Source: Camelus dromedarius
Lineage: Eukaryota
DNA length: 64,000 bases
Direction: 5' to 3'
NCBI RefSeq assembly: GCF_036321535.1
Contig: NC_087438.1
Span: 11,100,001-11,164,000, forward strand
Position 1 is the stretch's first letter. Every line of letters starts with the position of its first letter. The notes under the pieces were generated by a model. The model did not search any database and was not told where the DNA came from. It saw only the letters and a list, made by a program, of their open reading frames with translations. Made by a program: the position numbers and the translations under genes. This document shows positions 23,521 to 36,694 of this stretch, in pieces.

Positions 23521-26500
23521 GAGAAGTGGGACTAGGATGCTATTCTGGCAGGGGTCAAGGGCAGGATACCACTGCTGGGAAAATCATCTTCTTTCTGGGA
23601 ATCTTGGCTGTTCTTAAAAGGGAGCCTTTAGCTGACAGTTAAATGGGCCTTTTGCTTGAGGACCTAGTCTAATCTTTTCATTGTATCAATTAGGAAATCA
23701 AGCCCCATGCACAAAAGTGACTTGACTGATACTACATAGCTAGTTGGCAAAGAGCAAAAGCAGGCTTATAATTCCAGGTGCCGTTTTTGAAGAGCCGTAT
23801 TGGAGTTTGTTCAGAGTTGTTCCGCTGCTATAACTCGGAACTGACTGCAGATGGGTCTAGAGACCATTTATCTGTCTGATCCCGTTTGCTCAGCTCTGGC
23901 ATTGAAGTCAGACAGCTCAACAGTTTCTACGTGGTTCTATTTTGCTGATTGTCTACTATTCTTTGAAGGGTGATCTCTGAAGCTCACCAGAGTTGGTCGT
24001 TGAATAGTGAAGAAGAAACAGGGAAGTAGAAACAGATGCTTATAGTTGTTATTGCCTGAAATCAGCATTTTGCATTACTGGCTATTAAGAGAATTGGGAA
24101 ATTGGCAAGGGTTATTACATGATAGACCAGTGCTGAGTGCAGATTCATTAGACAGATGAAACATGCAGGAGTGGGTTGAAAAAATCATAAGCAAAATGAA
24201 AAATGACTACAAATTAATATTTAGTCTCATGATCATCCTAGTTTATTAGTCATTTTATTATGCTCAAATAATGTTCCATTGAGATTATCAAATGGTTATA
24301 AGCTCAGATTCACTACAATCCTGAGAAATTTGCAAGTAATTGAAAAACAAATTATTAGTTTATTATCACTAGTACAAGGATCCAGCTTTTGTATAATTTT
24401 CTTGGCATAATTCACCAACTACTCTTTTAGAAAATATTCTTTGACTCCCATTGTCCGTAAATTAAGTAGAAATTTATTTTATTTGGTGCTCAAGGCTTTA
24501 TGTCTGTTTAGACAGATTTCCCCTCTGGCATTCTCTCAGGATTCGCTTCTGTATGTATTCCAGCCTCTGGCCAAACTAGGAACCTCAGTGCTCTCCGAAT
24601 ATATTTTTTATTTTCCTAGATTTGTGTCTTTTGTCATGCTGGGTTTTTTTGTTTGTTTGTTTGTTTTAAATCTTGTACTGTTTTTTCCATTGATTACCCA
24701 TTGAGACCTGCACAGTTCAGGCCCAATTCAATGTTAATTTTTTAAGATAAAATTTTCTTTGATTTCTTTTAGATATATCTTTGTTTATAATGCCTAACCC
24801 CCCTTATTTTGAGGAAGTATGTCCAGTGCTTTCAACTGAATTTGGTCTTTCCTCCCTCTGATCCACTGGCAGTTTATTGGTATGGAATTTTTATGTCCTA
24901 CTTTGCATTTTGCTTCCAGCATCTCTCTAATCCAGTAAGTTTTTGTAGGTATCTGTGTATCAGAATCTGAGCTAGATATTGGGGAGGTTAAAAATAGAAA
25001 AAATTATTCTTGATTTAGGGGCCTTCAGTCCAGTGAATGGAATAGAATAAAGTACTAAAAGAGCCACATATGGCAAAACTGAAGCATGTGATGGGAGACA
25101 GACCAGCGATGGTGAACTTTAGCTAGGGATGTTCACAAGGACTTCTTAACCGAGGTGGCCTTGAACTGGGTCTGGAGAAATGAGTAAGGGCTTGCCAGGC
25201 ATGGCTGTTCAGGAGGGAATGAGAGAAGGTGAGACAGGAGGCAGGGACCAGTGGGTCAGCTGCAAGGGAAGGAGAGGATGCTCACACCTGGAGAGGGAGG
25301 CAGGGTGCATGGCTGTGAAAGCGGCGTGAAGCCCAGTGGATGGCAGGAGGGCACGCCAGTGGCAAATGCTTTTTACCAAAGGCAGTCACCTGTGGACAGA
25401 TTTAGAGAGACTGCTGGACAGGTGTGTGGATCACTCTACTTGTGAAGGGAGAGTCATTAATACAACTCCTGGCCTCTAGTATGTGCCTGGTTGGTAAATT
25501 CGGAAGGAATAACGTCGAGATCTGAACTCCATTCTGTTTCCCCTTAGAAGGGAGCTGCCCTCTGGAGAAGCCTTTCTGCCCGTAAGTGGACCGGCTTTGG
25601 TCTCATGCTTGCCACTTGGCTATAGACCTAAAGCTACAGGTTCTGAACTAGAGTTCCCAGAAATAAAGGAGCCCTTTTTCTCTCTGTCTACCACTCTATT
25701 ATTATTTCCTCAGTCTGTTTTGAATCTGATGGGGACAGAGGGAAGCTATTCCTTGAATGTGTGAAAGTAGGAAGAGCGGCCAAGGGAGGGCAGGTGAAAA
25801 CTTGAATTATGGTGGGAGCGTAATGATTGAAGAAGAGGGTATGGGTTTCAGCAATGGAAAGAAGGTGGATGGGCTTGGTGACGGATTGACCAAAGGGGGT
25901 GAGTGAGATGGAAGATTCTAGAAAGACTCTGTCTTCTGGTCTGGGTGATTGGGTGCCACATTAGCTCACAGATCTTAATGTTCTGATTGACCTGAGTTTC
26001 CCTGAGTTGGTTCTTGAGGCCAGGACAGTTAACTCTGTCTTTCATTTCTCCTTTTGTCATCACCACCCAGGATCTGAAAGAATTTTCAAGGACTGACATT
26101 TGAGCATTGGCTCATCTAAATCGTTCAATTCCTTTATTAATCTGTTTAGCCAGCAGATACTTATTAATCTCCTTCTATCTGTCAGCACCCAGCTTGGCCT
26201 GCCCATGAGATAGAGCGGTGAACAAAACATTCACTTGTCCTCTGGGATCCAGGGTCTGGCGAGAAAGCCGGGAGAGTATACATACAGTAGGGGGTTACTG
26301 GTTAAGCAGCTTTGGAACCAAACAGCCTGAGTTAGAATCTGGGTTCTACTACTTGCAAGACGGGTGACCTCATTAGAACTTCATTTTTAAGGGAGCTAAG
26401 TTGGTGTCTACCTCACGTGCTATTTCACACTATTTTGAAATTCTCCTGATTTGGCCCAGTAAACTGGTGGATTGGCTTTGAGGAAATTCTGCCAGAAGCT

Positions 26501-27579
26501 TCAAAAATTGGAAAAAAAAATTGCTTTTGGAATTCATTTTTTAAAACAGGAAATTCCTGTCCATAGCTAGAAGAAGTTGTCACACGAGCAGCATTAAGTT
26601 CTGCTCTGTTTATCCCTCTTTTGGACAATCCCTTTAGATCTGTACTTGATGGAGGGAAATTAGAATGTGGTTTATATTTTTGTCAAGTTTCCATTTTTGA
26701 GTTCTAATTGCACGAAGGATTGGAAAAAGGGTTGAGGTGTTTTTTGTTTGTTTGTTTGTTTGTTTTTTTAAATAATGGCAAATCTGGACTTTCCTCTGAA
26801 GTAGAGAAATCTGGTGTTTGTGTGATTTGAAGACAGACCTGGTATTAATAGGGAGTAACATTCTGATTTGTAGTTTTCTGGGCCATTTCCTAGAGTAACT
26901 GACTTTTTAATGGTTCTAAAATTGGTGGGGCAAATCCCATCTTTTGAAGAATTCTCACTTCAATGTAAAATACCATTCATACACACAAATCGTGTGTGTG
27001 TGTGTGTGTGGTGTGAATGTATACATGTACTTTATTGTTACTATTTTAAAAGTCATAAGATCAAGTTCTATGCTGTGTGTCAGGTTCTGGCATGTTTATT
27101 TGCTAGGATTTAGTTTGTCTGCCAATGTCCAGTACGACAGAGATTGACAAATGTAGCTGAATTAGACAGAGGGTGGTACAAAAGTAGTGATCAGGTTTCC
27201 TGAAGGGTAATATTTGCTTTATTTAAAATGTCTGATATTTAACCAAGAACAAAAATACCTCAGTTTTGTCCCATAAGCTTTTTTTTCTTTTCTTTTCTTT
27301 TTTTTCTGTAAATGGAGAGAAAAGCAGTATCCTTTTTAAAGAAACTGGAGAAATATAATTTAAATTAGAGATCGTTTTGTTTCTTTAATGATATGGTATC
27401 TGCCCTACAGGGGGATGTGATGTGCTCTTTCTCATGTCAGAGAACCCCACGTGTTAAAGCCAGATCAGACTCTAGAGATGGCTTAGTCCAGTGTACTCCT
27501 TTGAGGTTTAAAAGCAGCTCAGGTATGGAAAAAGGTGTCACTTGAAAAAGACTTGTGCAAAGTTGCCTGTGAGGTACAA

Positions 27580-27816
27580 AGGGAGCGTGATGACTAAGAG
27601 CACAGACCTGGATGCCAGACTTCCTAAGTTTCACACTGGCTCTGCCAGTTACTAGTCATGGGATGTTGTGCAAGCTTCTTAATGTCACTGTGCCTCAATT
27701 TCTGCATCTGGCAAATGGAGTCAATAGCCATTCTTCCCTCCACGTTGTCAGGGAGTGGATTAAGTTAGTAGAGAGAAAGTTATAGTGCCTAGCACATACA
27801 TAATGACCAATGCTAC
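27580..27816 (+). mobile_element. MIR SINE
   Basis: CTGTGCCTCAATTTCTGCATCTGGCAAATGG core. Confidence 0.75.
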
Positions 27817-27988
27817 TTTTTGTTTTTGGGTTTTTGGTTTGACTGTTTTTTTGCTTGTTTGGTTTTTTTTGGGGGGGCAGTAATTAGGTTTATTTATTTT
27901 TAAGGAGGTGCTGGGGATTGAACCCAGGACCTCATGTATGCTAGGCATTCATTCACTCTACCACTGAGGTGGGTATACCCACCTCCCC
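27817..27988 (-). mobile_element. Vic-1-type (camelid, tRNA-derived) SINE
   Basis: Minus strand GGGGAGG...CTCAGTGGTAGAG...CCTAGCATACATGAGGTCCTGGGTTCAATCCCCAGCACCTCC with B-box and A-rich tail. TSD AATGCTAC (27809-27816 / 27990-27997). Inserted at the end of a MIR. Confidence 0.85.
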
Positions 27989-29719
27989 AAATGCTACATT
28001 TTGATTTACTATAACCTGCATTTCATCAAGTCTGAGATGCATTGGGGCTGCTGCCTTCTTGAACTTGGGATGTATGACTAGAAGTTTTCACAAAATTACA
28101 ATGTGCCACAGTGATTTTAAGGTAATATTTGTTGTAAGGTGAAGGTGTTAAATGGGCAGTTGGGGTGGCAGTGGAGCTTAGAGTAGGTTAAATAGGATGC
28201 TCTATGATTGTTATTACCATGATAATTATTTAACTGATTTAAGGCAGAGTTGGAATCAGACGCTGTGTCCTAGTCTAGCTCTTAGTCTATTATTCTACAT
28301 TGTACGTCTGGGCAACGTTTATAAACTACAGTTTTAAACACTTTCACTTTGGGAAATAAAAATTTTAGCTGTTTATTCTGAGCACACAGAGTCCCCTCCT
28401 CTTTGGATAATATCATTTAATTTAAAACTGTTGCAGCACTTAAGTTTCGCAGTTTCAAGTCCTAAAGGACAGGCTGAGTGCGATGCCCCTTTCTTACTGG
28501 AAAAAGGAAGAAAAAGAGAAACACCCAAATTTGCGTGCAAGAGGGAGCCTCCTCTCTGCAGGTGCTTGCAGGCTAAGGGGTGATGGGCTGGTGTATTCCC
28601 CTCTATTTGTTACTGCTTTGTATCCGAATACGTTAAATCTTGAAACAATGATAACTTGCTTTGTGCTGAGGGAAGATTTGGATTCACCTTTTAATAGCGA
28701 TTAGAAAATACTGTTTTCATTGCTGTTAAAGTTTGTCCAACAATGGAGACAGGAGCATACAATTCCGATTACTAATAAACTCACCCTGGGGCAAAAACCA
28801 AGTACAACCTGTCTATGTAAATCCCTCACCTGAGTGCTTGAATGAGGGCTGTTGCGAGTACCCTCAGGACTTTGGGCCAATCACTTCTGTTTGGTTTGCC
28901 TCTTCATGGCCATTGTATTATTTGTCCTACTCTAGGTGGCTTATTTTCCCTCCACCTCTCTCTCCCCCTCCCTCTCCCTCATCCTCGGTTCCCCCTCCTC
29001 ACTTGCCCTCATCCCCTCTGCCGGCCCCCTCTGGTCCCTATACCCTCCCTTCATTTCTGTCTCTCTCCAAAGTTTACATTTGACTGTTGTCTCTGGGCAA
29101 TCTGCCCAGTTTGGTTTATTTGTTTCTCATAATTGTATTCAGAGCCTCAGCTACATGTTTCAGATGGCTGTTTCCCGTGGCATCTGTCTCCTTTCTAACA
29201 CAGTCTTTTCTCGGAGTTTTGCAGTATTTTACAAATATAAATGCAAACGTGACCTCTCCACGTGGAGTTTTACAAAACGAGTACCCCAGTCGATCAGAAG
29301 ATGTTCCAGAAATCTTGAAATTAAGTTTTACTGTCCCAGATCTTGGTGCAGTGGAACAAAGATGGTAACTTCTTGGTTGGCCTGATTGTTGCTAACTGCT
29401 TTGTATTTGTCTCTCCAACAAAAATAATATGCTGAGTTTAGTTTTATGGAAGAGAAATGTATTGATGATAGTGTGAAAGAATCCCAAGTGTCCTTCATGT
29501 TGAAATATAAGCTGGTGTCAGCTTTAAAATGACAACCCTAAACACTTCATCCTGCAGTCTCAGCCCAACATCTATTTCGGCTTTGAGAAAATTGTGGTTT
29601 GCGGCCTTCTTGTTGCTCTGTTACAGTCTAGCAAAAAGCTCTGGGCTGTAAAATACTGATATTTCTATCATGATAATGGGTCTTCCTAATTGTTGTACAG
29701 TCACAGTTTTACATGTTCT

Positions 29720-29915
29720 AGATACTGCATTGCCCAATAAAGCAGTAACTGGCAACTAGTTTTTAATTAACTATAGTGAAATACAACTAGAAATTCGGTT
29801 CTGTAGGCACACTGGCTGCACTTCAAGGGCTGAGTCTCCCCACGTGGCTACCACGTTGGGCAGTGGAGATAAAGAACAGTTCCATCACGAGCAAGTCCTG
29901 TTGGGCAGTGTTGTC
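29720..29915. mobile_element. MER3-like hAT-Charlie DNA transposon
   Basis: GAAATTCGGTTCTGTAGGCACACTGGC...CACGTGGCTACC...AGAACAGTTCCATCA...GTCCTGTTGGGCAGTG. Confidence 0.65.
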
Positions 29916-29959
29916 ACAGGGGATGGAAGTTAGGGTAAATGGTACCAACAGGTTGATTT

Positions 29960-30400
29960 CACTGAATTTGCTGGGCTAAAACTAAGCTGCTTTAACAAGG
30001 GACTATAAAAATACAGTAAATGAAGGAATTTAAAGAAATTTATATAATATCCAGATGGGACATGCATGGTAAGTCATACTGGGATATGGTTCTATCCATC
30101 TTTTGACCCATCAGTCTCATGGCATTATGTGCACCTGTGTGTCCCAGTTTACAGGAAGAGCAAAAAGAACTCTGGTGCAAGTGGCTTTCTTACTGGTTGA
30201 AAACAAGCCAGACATCATAACATCACTTTGGTTCACAGCCTGTTGACCCAAACATACATCCTTTGAGCCACACATCGACACCTTGATGCAGGTGAGGCTC
30301 GAAAATATGGCCTTTAGCTTAGTGGCACGTGAACAGCTTTGACTCTGACTGTGGAAGAAAGAAAGAATGGATTTGGGGGCACAGTCAGCAGTTTTTACCA
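29960..30400 (-). mobile_element. MaLR (MLT1-like) LTR
   Basis: CTAAGCTGCTTTAACAA...CATCACTTTGGTTCACAGCCTGTTG...GCAGGTGAGGCTCGAAAATATGG. Confidence 0.5.
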
Positions 30401-30877
30401 GAGTTAATGCTTAATGTAGAGATATGATATTTAAGGTGACGGTCCATTTGCCATCATTAATTTGGATGTTAGGAGAGATGGACATGTGGATTTAATTTAG
30501 ATGGTGCTTGACTCTCAGCATTAACAATGTCATCACTTAAGCAAATATGGTTGTAAAATTCCAGTAAACCAAAGCAGAGTGTTTTACACAGCTGGTTTTA
30601 TTCTAAGTCACCTGAGTGTGTGGTGTGGCTCTAGATTCTTGTGGGAACCACTGAGCTGTGACTCTCTGTGTTTGTAGTCCTTGGTGGATTTGGGGATTTA
30701 GAAGAAATGAATGCTCTTGCTACTCTAAGCAGAAGTCTCCGCTAAGGCAGTGAAGTATACTTTGAAGGAATGGATTTTACAGTCCGTTAGTGTGAGTAAA
30801 TGATGCTTCCTTAAGAGACGGAAGGGCTTGTTTCTATAATAAATCGGTCAACCTCTTTTAGAGAAGCCAAAGACATT

Positions 30878-30933
30878 CTTTGCAAATTAGTGGAATTATA
30901 GTTTCCTTTGCAAATTAGTGGAATTATATTTTC
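30878..30933. repeat. 28-bp tandem duplication
   Basis: CTTTGCAAATTAGTGGAATTATA(G/T)TTTC x2, one mismatch. Confidence 0.9.
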
Positions 30934-31499
30934 CTTTCCTTTTAGAATCAAAACGGGAGCTGTCTTTGTGCACCTGTGGGTGTGATTTCTCTCCTACTTG
31001 CTGCTGCTGACCCTCCTCTCTCTTAACCCAAACGTGCTGGGATTATGAAGTCGTTCGAGTATACTCTGGCGAGCTGGTGTTACTATCAGGTGTAGCGTGG
31101 AACAGTAACTCACGCAATTGCATTGATTGCTGTGGGTCAGTCAACTTCCACTTTTACTTATTGTCACCTGCGGGTTGAATTTTCTCTCTTCTCAGACGGT
31201 GTGTTAGACTCTGTCCATTGATCATAGGAGATCAAGTTACAATATAGGGAACCTTCAACTCACCTTTTTCCATTCATCTTTCTGCAGCTATTGTACATTG
31301 TAACTTACGTCCTGTCCCATGCGGAAGGGACAGGAGAGGCCTCGGGCCAGTGGAAAGGGAAGATGTCTGGGTGGGATGTTTGGGGGACCCATGCTGACGG
31401 CTACCCCCAGCTCCAGGAACCTGTGATGTTTGCCATCTGTCCCACTAGGTTTAAAACTTGGGAATGTCAGGGATTTCTAACACTGTGTAGCTCTCCGCA

Positions 31500-31740
31500 G
31501 AAACTTCTCTTTGTAACATACATGTCTGTCATCTCACAGTTTGAAACCTGGCTCTGCCTCTTATGAGCTCTGTGACCATGAACCAGAGAAATAATCTCCC
31601 AGGCCTCAGTTTCCCCAGCTTTAGAATGAGAATAGCAGCAACTAGCTCAGAGGCCAACTGTGAGATTTTTAAATGAGTTAAAAATTCCTACGGTCAGTTG
31701 GAAGCTCCTGTTGAAGGCACTTTTTAACTGGTAGCTCTTC
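31500..31740 (+). mobile_element. MIR SINE
   Basis: GGCTCTGCCTCTTATGAGCTCTGTGACC...GCCTCAGTTTCCCC. Confidence 0.7.
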
Positions 31741-34301
31741 TCCGTATGTACTCAATTTAGGCACATCTTTATGTAGAAAAGTAGAAAAACTGTCTCTCTT
31801 GCAAAAGGAACACTGAAGAGGACACCTGTCTTCCAACTTTTTTATTTTTCATGTAGTTACTAATGAATGAGTCGGACCTCATCCATTTAAAAAAAAAAAA
31901 TCCACAACAATGCTTTCCTTTTATCATGGTACTTTGAGAAGGAGACCCCACCTTCTCTGGAATGTTCCAGTCATAGTTTTCCATTTTCCATATGAGATCA
32001 TTGAAGCTGGTAAAGTGCTGTCGCCTGTGCACAGGTCCAGGGGTCAGTTACCGAGTTGTACCTTAGCCCAGTCATCTTGCTTCCCAGTAGAATGCTTTTC
32101 CTTTGTGCATTGCTCTGTGTGTGTGTGTGTGTGTGTGTTTACATACTGCATATACATCCAGACATATATACATCTGTAGACAAAGACTCTATTGTGTGAC
32201 AGAAGGCCCAGGGGACAGAAATCATCACAGGCATCGATACAGGAGTCGTCCCCGGAATGGGATAAGAAGGGACTTTTGAACAGTTTGGGTTTTGCCAATC
32301 TGGATCGCACATTAAAAATTCTAGCCTATCAGCATCTCCCTGACTCGAATCTGTTAACAATCCCCTCCCTGCAATGTATTGCACAAGGTCATTTGAAATA
32401 TTAGAAGAGTGTTAGAACTTACATGCTCCCTGCTGTTTAGGAGCCTGGATGCCTAGGTTTTGAGTTTTGTAGAGGCGAGGACACCCATACTTACACAAAC
32501 ACAGTCATCAGTTCTGAGCATGAAGTCACCCACCAAAACGTGAAGTACTGCTGTGTGTGCTTGTTGGCAATGAAGTGGAGGTGATGAAAGAAGCTGGGGG
32601 GAGGAATGAGGTCATCTGCGGTGGGTAGGGCAGAGGAGGGACTCCTGATCAGGGAGCCTGGGTTTGGGGTTACCATGGAAAGTCAGAGGGACTTTGGCTT
32701 GGCAGAGGGGATGGGCAGCTTTTCTTGCCAGTGGGAGTGCGTGATGTGATAGGGTGACATTTGGGAGTGAGCTCCTTGGAGGGTATGGCAGGCAGGGCTG
32801 GTGGGCTGGAGCAGGGATCTTGGGCACAGAATACCCAAGAAGAGTTACCCTATTTACCTGTGAGCAGATACTCTCCCGAGAATTCTGTTAGCCCATTTGC
32901 TCACGCCTTGCCTGGGGAGAAAAGCTGCATGCCTGTTTGTGGGAAAAAGAATTCCAAAGGCATCTTTTGGCTCTTAAAGTTTTGGTTAACATCCAGTCCA
33001 GGGAAGAATGATCAAGAAGCCATTTAATCAGTGTAAAACAATGAGTATCTCATGTCAGAATCTCAAAACAATTAGGGCCTCTTTATTCAAAACAGACCTG
33101 GGACGCTCCCAGGAACAGGGCGGGAGCTTGCTGCTCCACTAGAGGGAAGCCTGCTTAAGAAAGACTGCACCCACAAATAGAAGGGGAACATTCCTGCATA
33201 AAATCAGACTCTAAATGCAGTCAGTGTGAGCATGTTGTCGTGGGGGATGGGAAACCTCATAATCAGATCTAGACTAAGAGAGTTAAGGGGCATGGAAATG
33301 TACCCTCCACTTAGACCGTCCTGGGCCAGTTGCTTTCTGGGGCCCATGAGGCTCGTCTGTGCCAAGGAAGGAGCGTAGCCTTCCTAGAAAGTACTTGAAG
33401 CTACTGTAAACTGCCTGGAGTGCTTACAATGCCTGGGCTCTCAGCATCAGCCCTGGGTTTATTTCAGAGTGACTCTCCATTCTTTCAGGGTTGGGTGGAG
33501 CTGTGCTAAATCTTGCTAATTATTCACATGGCTGTAGTTCGGTTGGTTTCTTGACTTTTACACGTGTTGGTTGTCCTAAACTTGGTAGATTGTCCCTAGT
33601 CTAGGTATACTTAGACTAGAAAAAAGGACAGTGTTTTGCATTCTTCATTTTCAGGCTTTTATTTTTATTTTTATTTTTTTTGCCTTTAAGCTGCCTTGAG
33701 CTTCAAGTAACTCAAAAGTGAGGTGAGATTCTTGGAAAACAAACATTCATCAGTAATGTGAAGTATAATAAAACTATTAGGTCTATCTATACACTTTCCC
33801 ACTTTAATCATTATATTCTAGGATCACAATGTCTAAATTTAATTTATAATAGCTGGAAGAGTCAATTGAGGAAGAAAATGGAATATCCATGATGGTTATT
33901 TTTTCTTGTTATCAGCTTGAGAAAGTATAAAATATTTATCTCTATGAGTTAATCAATACAAAAGATTACCTTCTAATATTATTAGGCCATAATGATTTTT
34001 AAATTCAGTTCATAAGACATGAAAGCTAATATGGTTATCGTTGCCACCTGGTCAAATGTATGTAGACAGAATTTCCCCTTTTACCTGAAAAGGAATTTCT
34101 CTAAAATGTTCTCACAGATTTACTACAAAACTTTTAGAGGATATAGCTAAGCAAAAAATATAAAATTACAATCACCATAATCTTACTACCCAGAGAAAAT
34201 CACTGTTAACATTTAAATCCATTTCCTTCCAATTATATGGTTCATAAGGTTTATTCAGAGAAGTGTTTTTAGAAAACACTTAGAATCTTAGAGTTGCAGG
34301 G

Positions 34302-34746
34302 TGTCGACTGACAAAAAAATGCATGACCTAAAAGTTGAGAATTAGGTTTTATTCGGTGGGCTTCTGAAGGACTTGAGCCTGGAACACAGCCTCTCAAATG
34401 ACTCTGAGCGACTGCTCTCAATTGGTAAGGGAGGAGCTAGGGCATTTAGGAATTTTTGCAACAAAAGCCAGGTAGTTGGAACTTTAAAAGATTACTGTTA
34501 ATTAAAGCAAAACAGATGTATCAAGTTCATGGAGTTAGTGCTTTTCCATGTATGGAAAGATGTAAGAATCTTGGTTCATGAGATCATTCCTTTGACATGC
34601 ACCTTAACATTCTAGGGCCAGTCTCCTGCATTTCTCCATCCTGAATCCCTCAAGGTGCACAGTTGGGGGTGGCCACAGTGGCTGCTGGCTTGATGGCTGC
34701 AACAGCCTTTGTTTACTGATAGGACAGGCCACCTTTTTCATCCACA
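34302..34746 (-). mobile_element. ERV1 solo LTR (MER41-like, laurasiatherian type)
   Basis: TG...CA termini and a poly(A) signal on the minus strand. Near-TSD AGGG/GGGG. Interrupts a MIR3/L3-type fragment. Homologous to 62216-62704. Confidence 0.75.
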
Positions 34747-35081
34747 GGGGGATCCTTAATCATCTGGTCCAACCTCTTATCCAAGAAGGAATGTCTTCCC
34801 TACTACCTTAATTGGTATATATACAGTACTGTGACTCTCAAATTTCTCCTGTTTCAAGATGCTTTGCATGTCAGTGCAGATCTGTTTGAAGGGTGGAATG
34901 GTTCTCATTCTTCGGGTATTCTTCACTGAGACAAAATCTGTTTTCTTGCAAATTTCATCTGATGCTCTTCAGACATAGTGTTCTACTGGGGTCCTTCTCT
35001 GGATAAATGTTTCCCTTTCCTTCTGTTTATTCCTGTCTCCTCCTCATGGCTTTTATTAAATAAAAATTTATTCATGACACT

Positions 35082-35528
35082 TGTTAAAGAACTGGAAGGC
35101 AGGAGGACTGTCACGGTAGGTGCAGGGAATCACTGCAGTGGGGCTTTGCAGCAGGGAGAGAAATGGGCTCAACTCCCGATACCACAAGGAGATGTGGAAA
35201 TTTTCAGTCCAGGGGCAGGATGGGGAGTCAGTGGATGGAAAATTACTGAGGGGAAGCATTACTGACAGGAGTGGGGGGTTCTGGCTAGCCTCCCTCACAA
35301 GATTTTTGCTGAGGGCATACAGGATGACCAGTCATCACCTGGGGGATGGCAGGGGATGAAGAATTTGGTCAGATACGGAAGGTGGGTGATTCTTGCTAAA
35401 ATGACGTAACAGGATTCTTGTTAAAATTTGGCAATGCAAAGAAGGACACAGGTCTGAAAGTCAAGGCTTAGTTAGGAGGAGGGTTCAAAGGAGCCTAACT
35501 AGCATTTGGTCAAGGAGAGAATCTTTCA
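35082..35528 (-). mobile_element. ERV-type solo LTR (family uncertain)
   Basis: TGTTAAAGA...TTTCA termini, ~450 bp, LTR-like internal motifs (TTCTTGCTAAA...GGATTCTTGTTAAA). Confidence 0.55.
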
Positions 35529-35954
35529 CTTTGAAGGACACGTGGCAGGCGTTGGAGAGGAAAAGCCTTGGGGACCTTGAGTATCATATTACGATTGACT
35601 AAGAGGGAAACAAACTTCTGTGTGGACCCCAGAATTTTGTTTTCCCTCATCTACTTAGGACATAGTTTCTTTAACTTTCATGGTCCCCAGACTATATGTC
35701 CAGGGCCCTGTTTGGTGGAGTTGAGCAGGACATTTATGATCTGGCTCCTCACCTCTCCTCACAAAGTAACTCTCACAGAAAGGATTGGAATCCCCAGGCT
35801 AAATGTTTTAACTCAGCATCTTTAACTTTTTCAAAGGCAGGGTTGCAAAAATATTACTTTTCTCCTGTGCTTCCTGTACTTTCCTTCTTTATGCCCAGTT
35901 TCCTCTTTTTCTTATTTGCATCAGTATGTGAAGCATCCCTGTCCCAGGTGGTGA

Positions 35955-36388
35955 TGTAGTTACTATTGGTTGGCTACAATATCCCCGTTCCCAGCTGTCA
36001 TGCTAATAGAAGCCCAAATTGGGGTGATGGTGTGCCAAATAAAGTAGTTTCCCTAGACTCCATGACTGGAGTAGCTTCATGGCTGCTGTAGCCAATGAAA
36101 TGAAATCAGTATCTCTGGGATTTCCGGGAAAGCTTAGTTAAATTTGTGATGTCTGGAGCTGTAGCAGCCATCTTGCAGCTCTTAGGTAATATGCATGGTG
36201 ATGAAATCCAGTGTGCTCAGGAAGCTGGAACAGAAAGAAACTACCTTGTTCCCTGATTGCAGTAATGAGTAGTTGAATTAATGCTGGCTATTCCTGACCG
36301 CCATACTTTGTGTTATGTGAGAAAAATAAACTCTTACTAGTTTAAGCCATGTTTAGTGAGGTTTTTCCTTGTGTTCTAACTGATACAG
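35955..36388 (+). mobile_element. MaLR (MLT1J-like) solo LTR
   Basis: GATGTCTGGAGCTGTAGCAGCCATCTTG...AAATAAACTCTTACTAGTTTAAGCCA...CTAACTGATACA. Confidence 0.75.
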
Positions 36389-36694
36389 ATGGTTTACAAA
36401 ACTGTCAACCATCTTGGTTGCCCTTCTCTGTCCAGACTCCATACTGTTGATGTCCCCCCTAGAACACAGAAGTAGAGTAGGGCACTGTCCTATAACTGTT
36501 GCCTCTTATTGTCAGGTACCTAATGGGACCCAATAACACATCTGTTGGGTGAATTTATTACTAAATAAACCTGTGTGTCCATTAACGGATCCTTAGTGTG
36601 TGTTCTTTGAATTTTTTTCATTACTTAAACACATGATTGGGTTATATTGGAGTTTGGCTCAACTTAAGCTTACAGAGTTCTCAGGTAAGCAGAT

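Noticed and set aside
28945..29070. C/T-rich tract as a possible triplex (H-DNA) element
   Set aside because: Interrupted by purines with no clear mirror symmetry; treated as low complexity.
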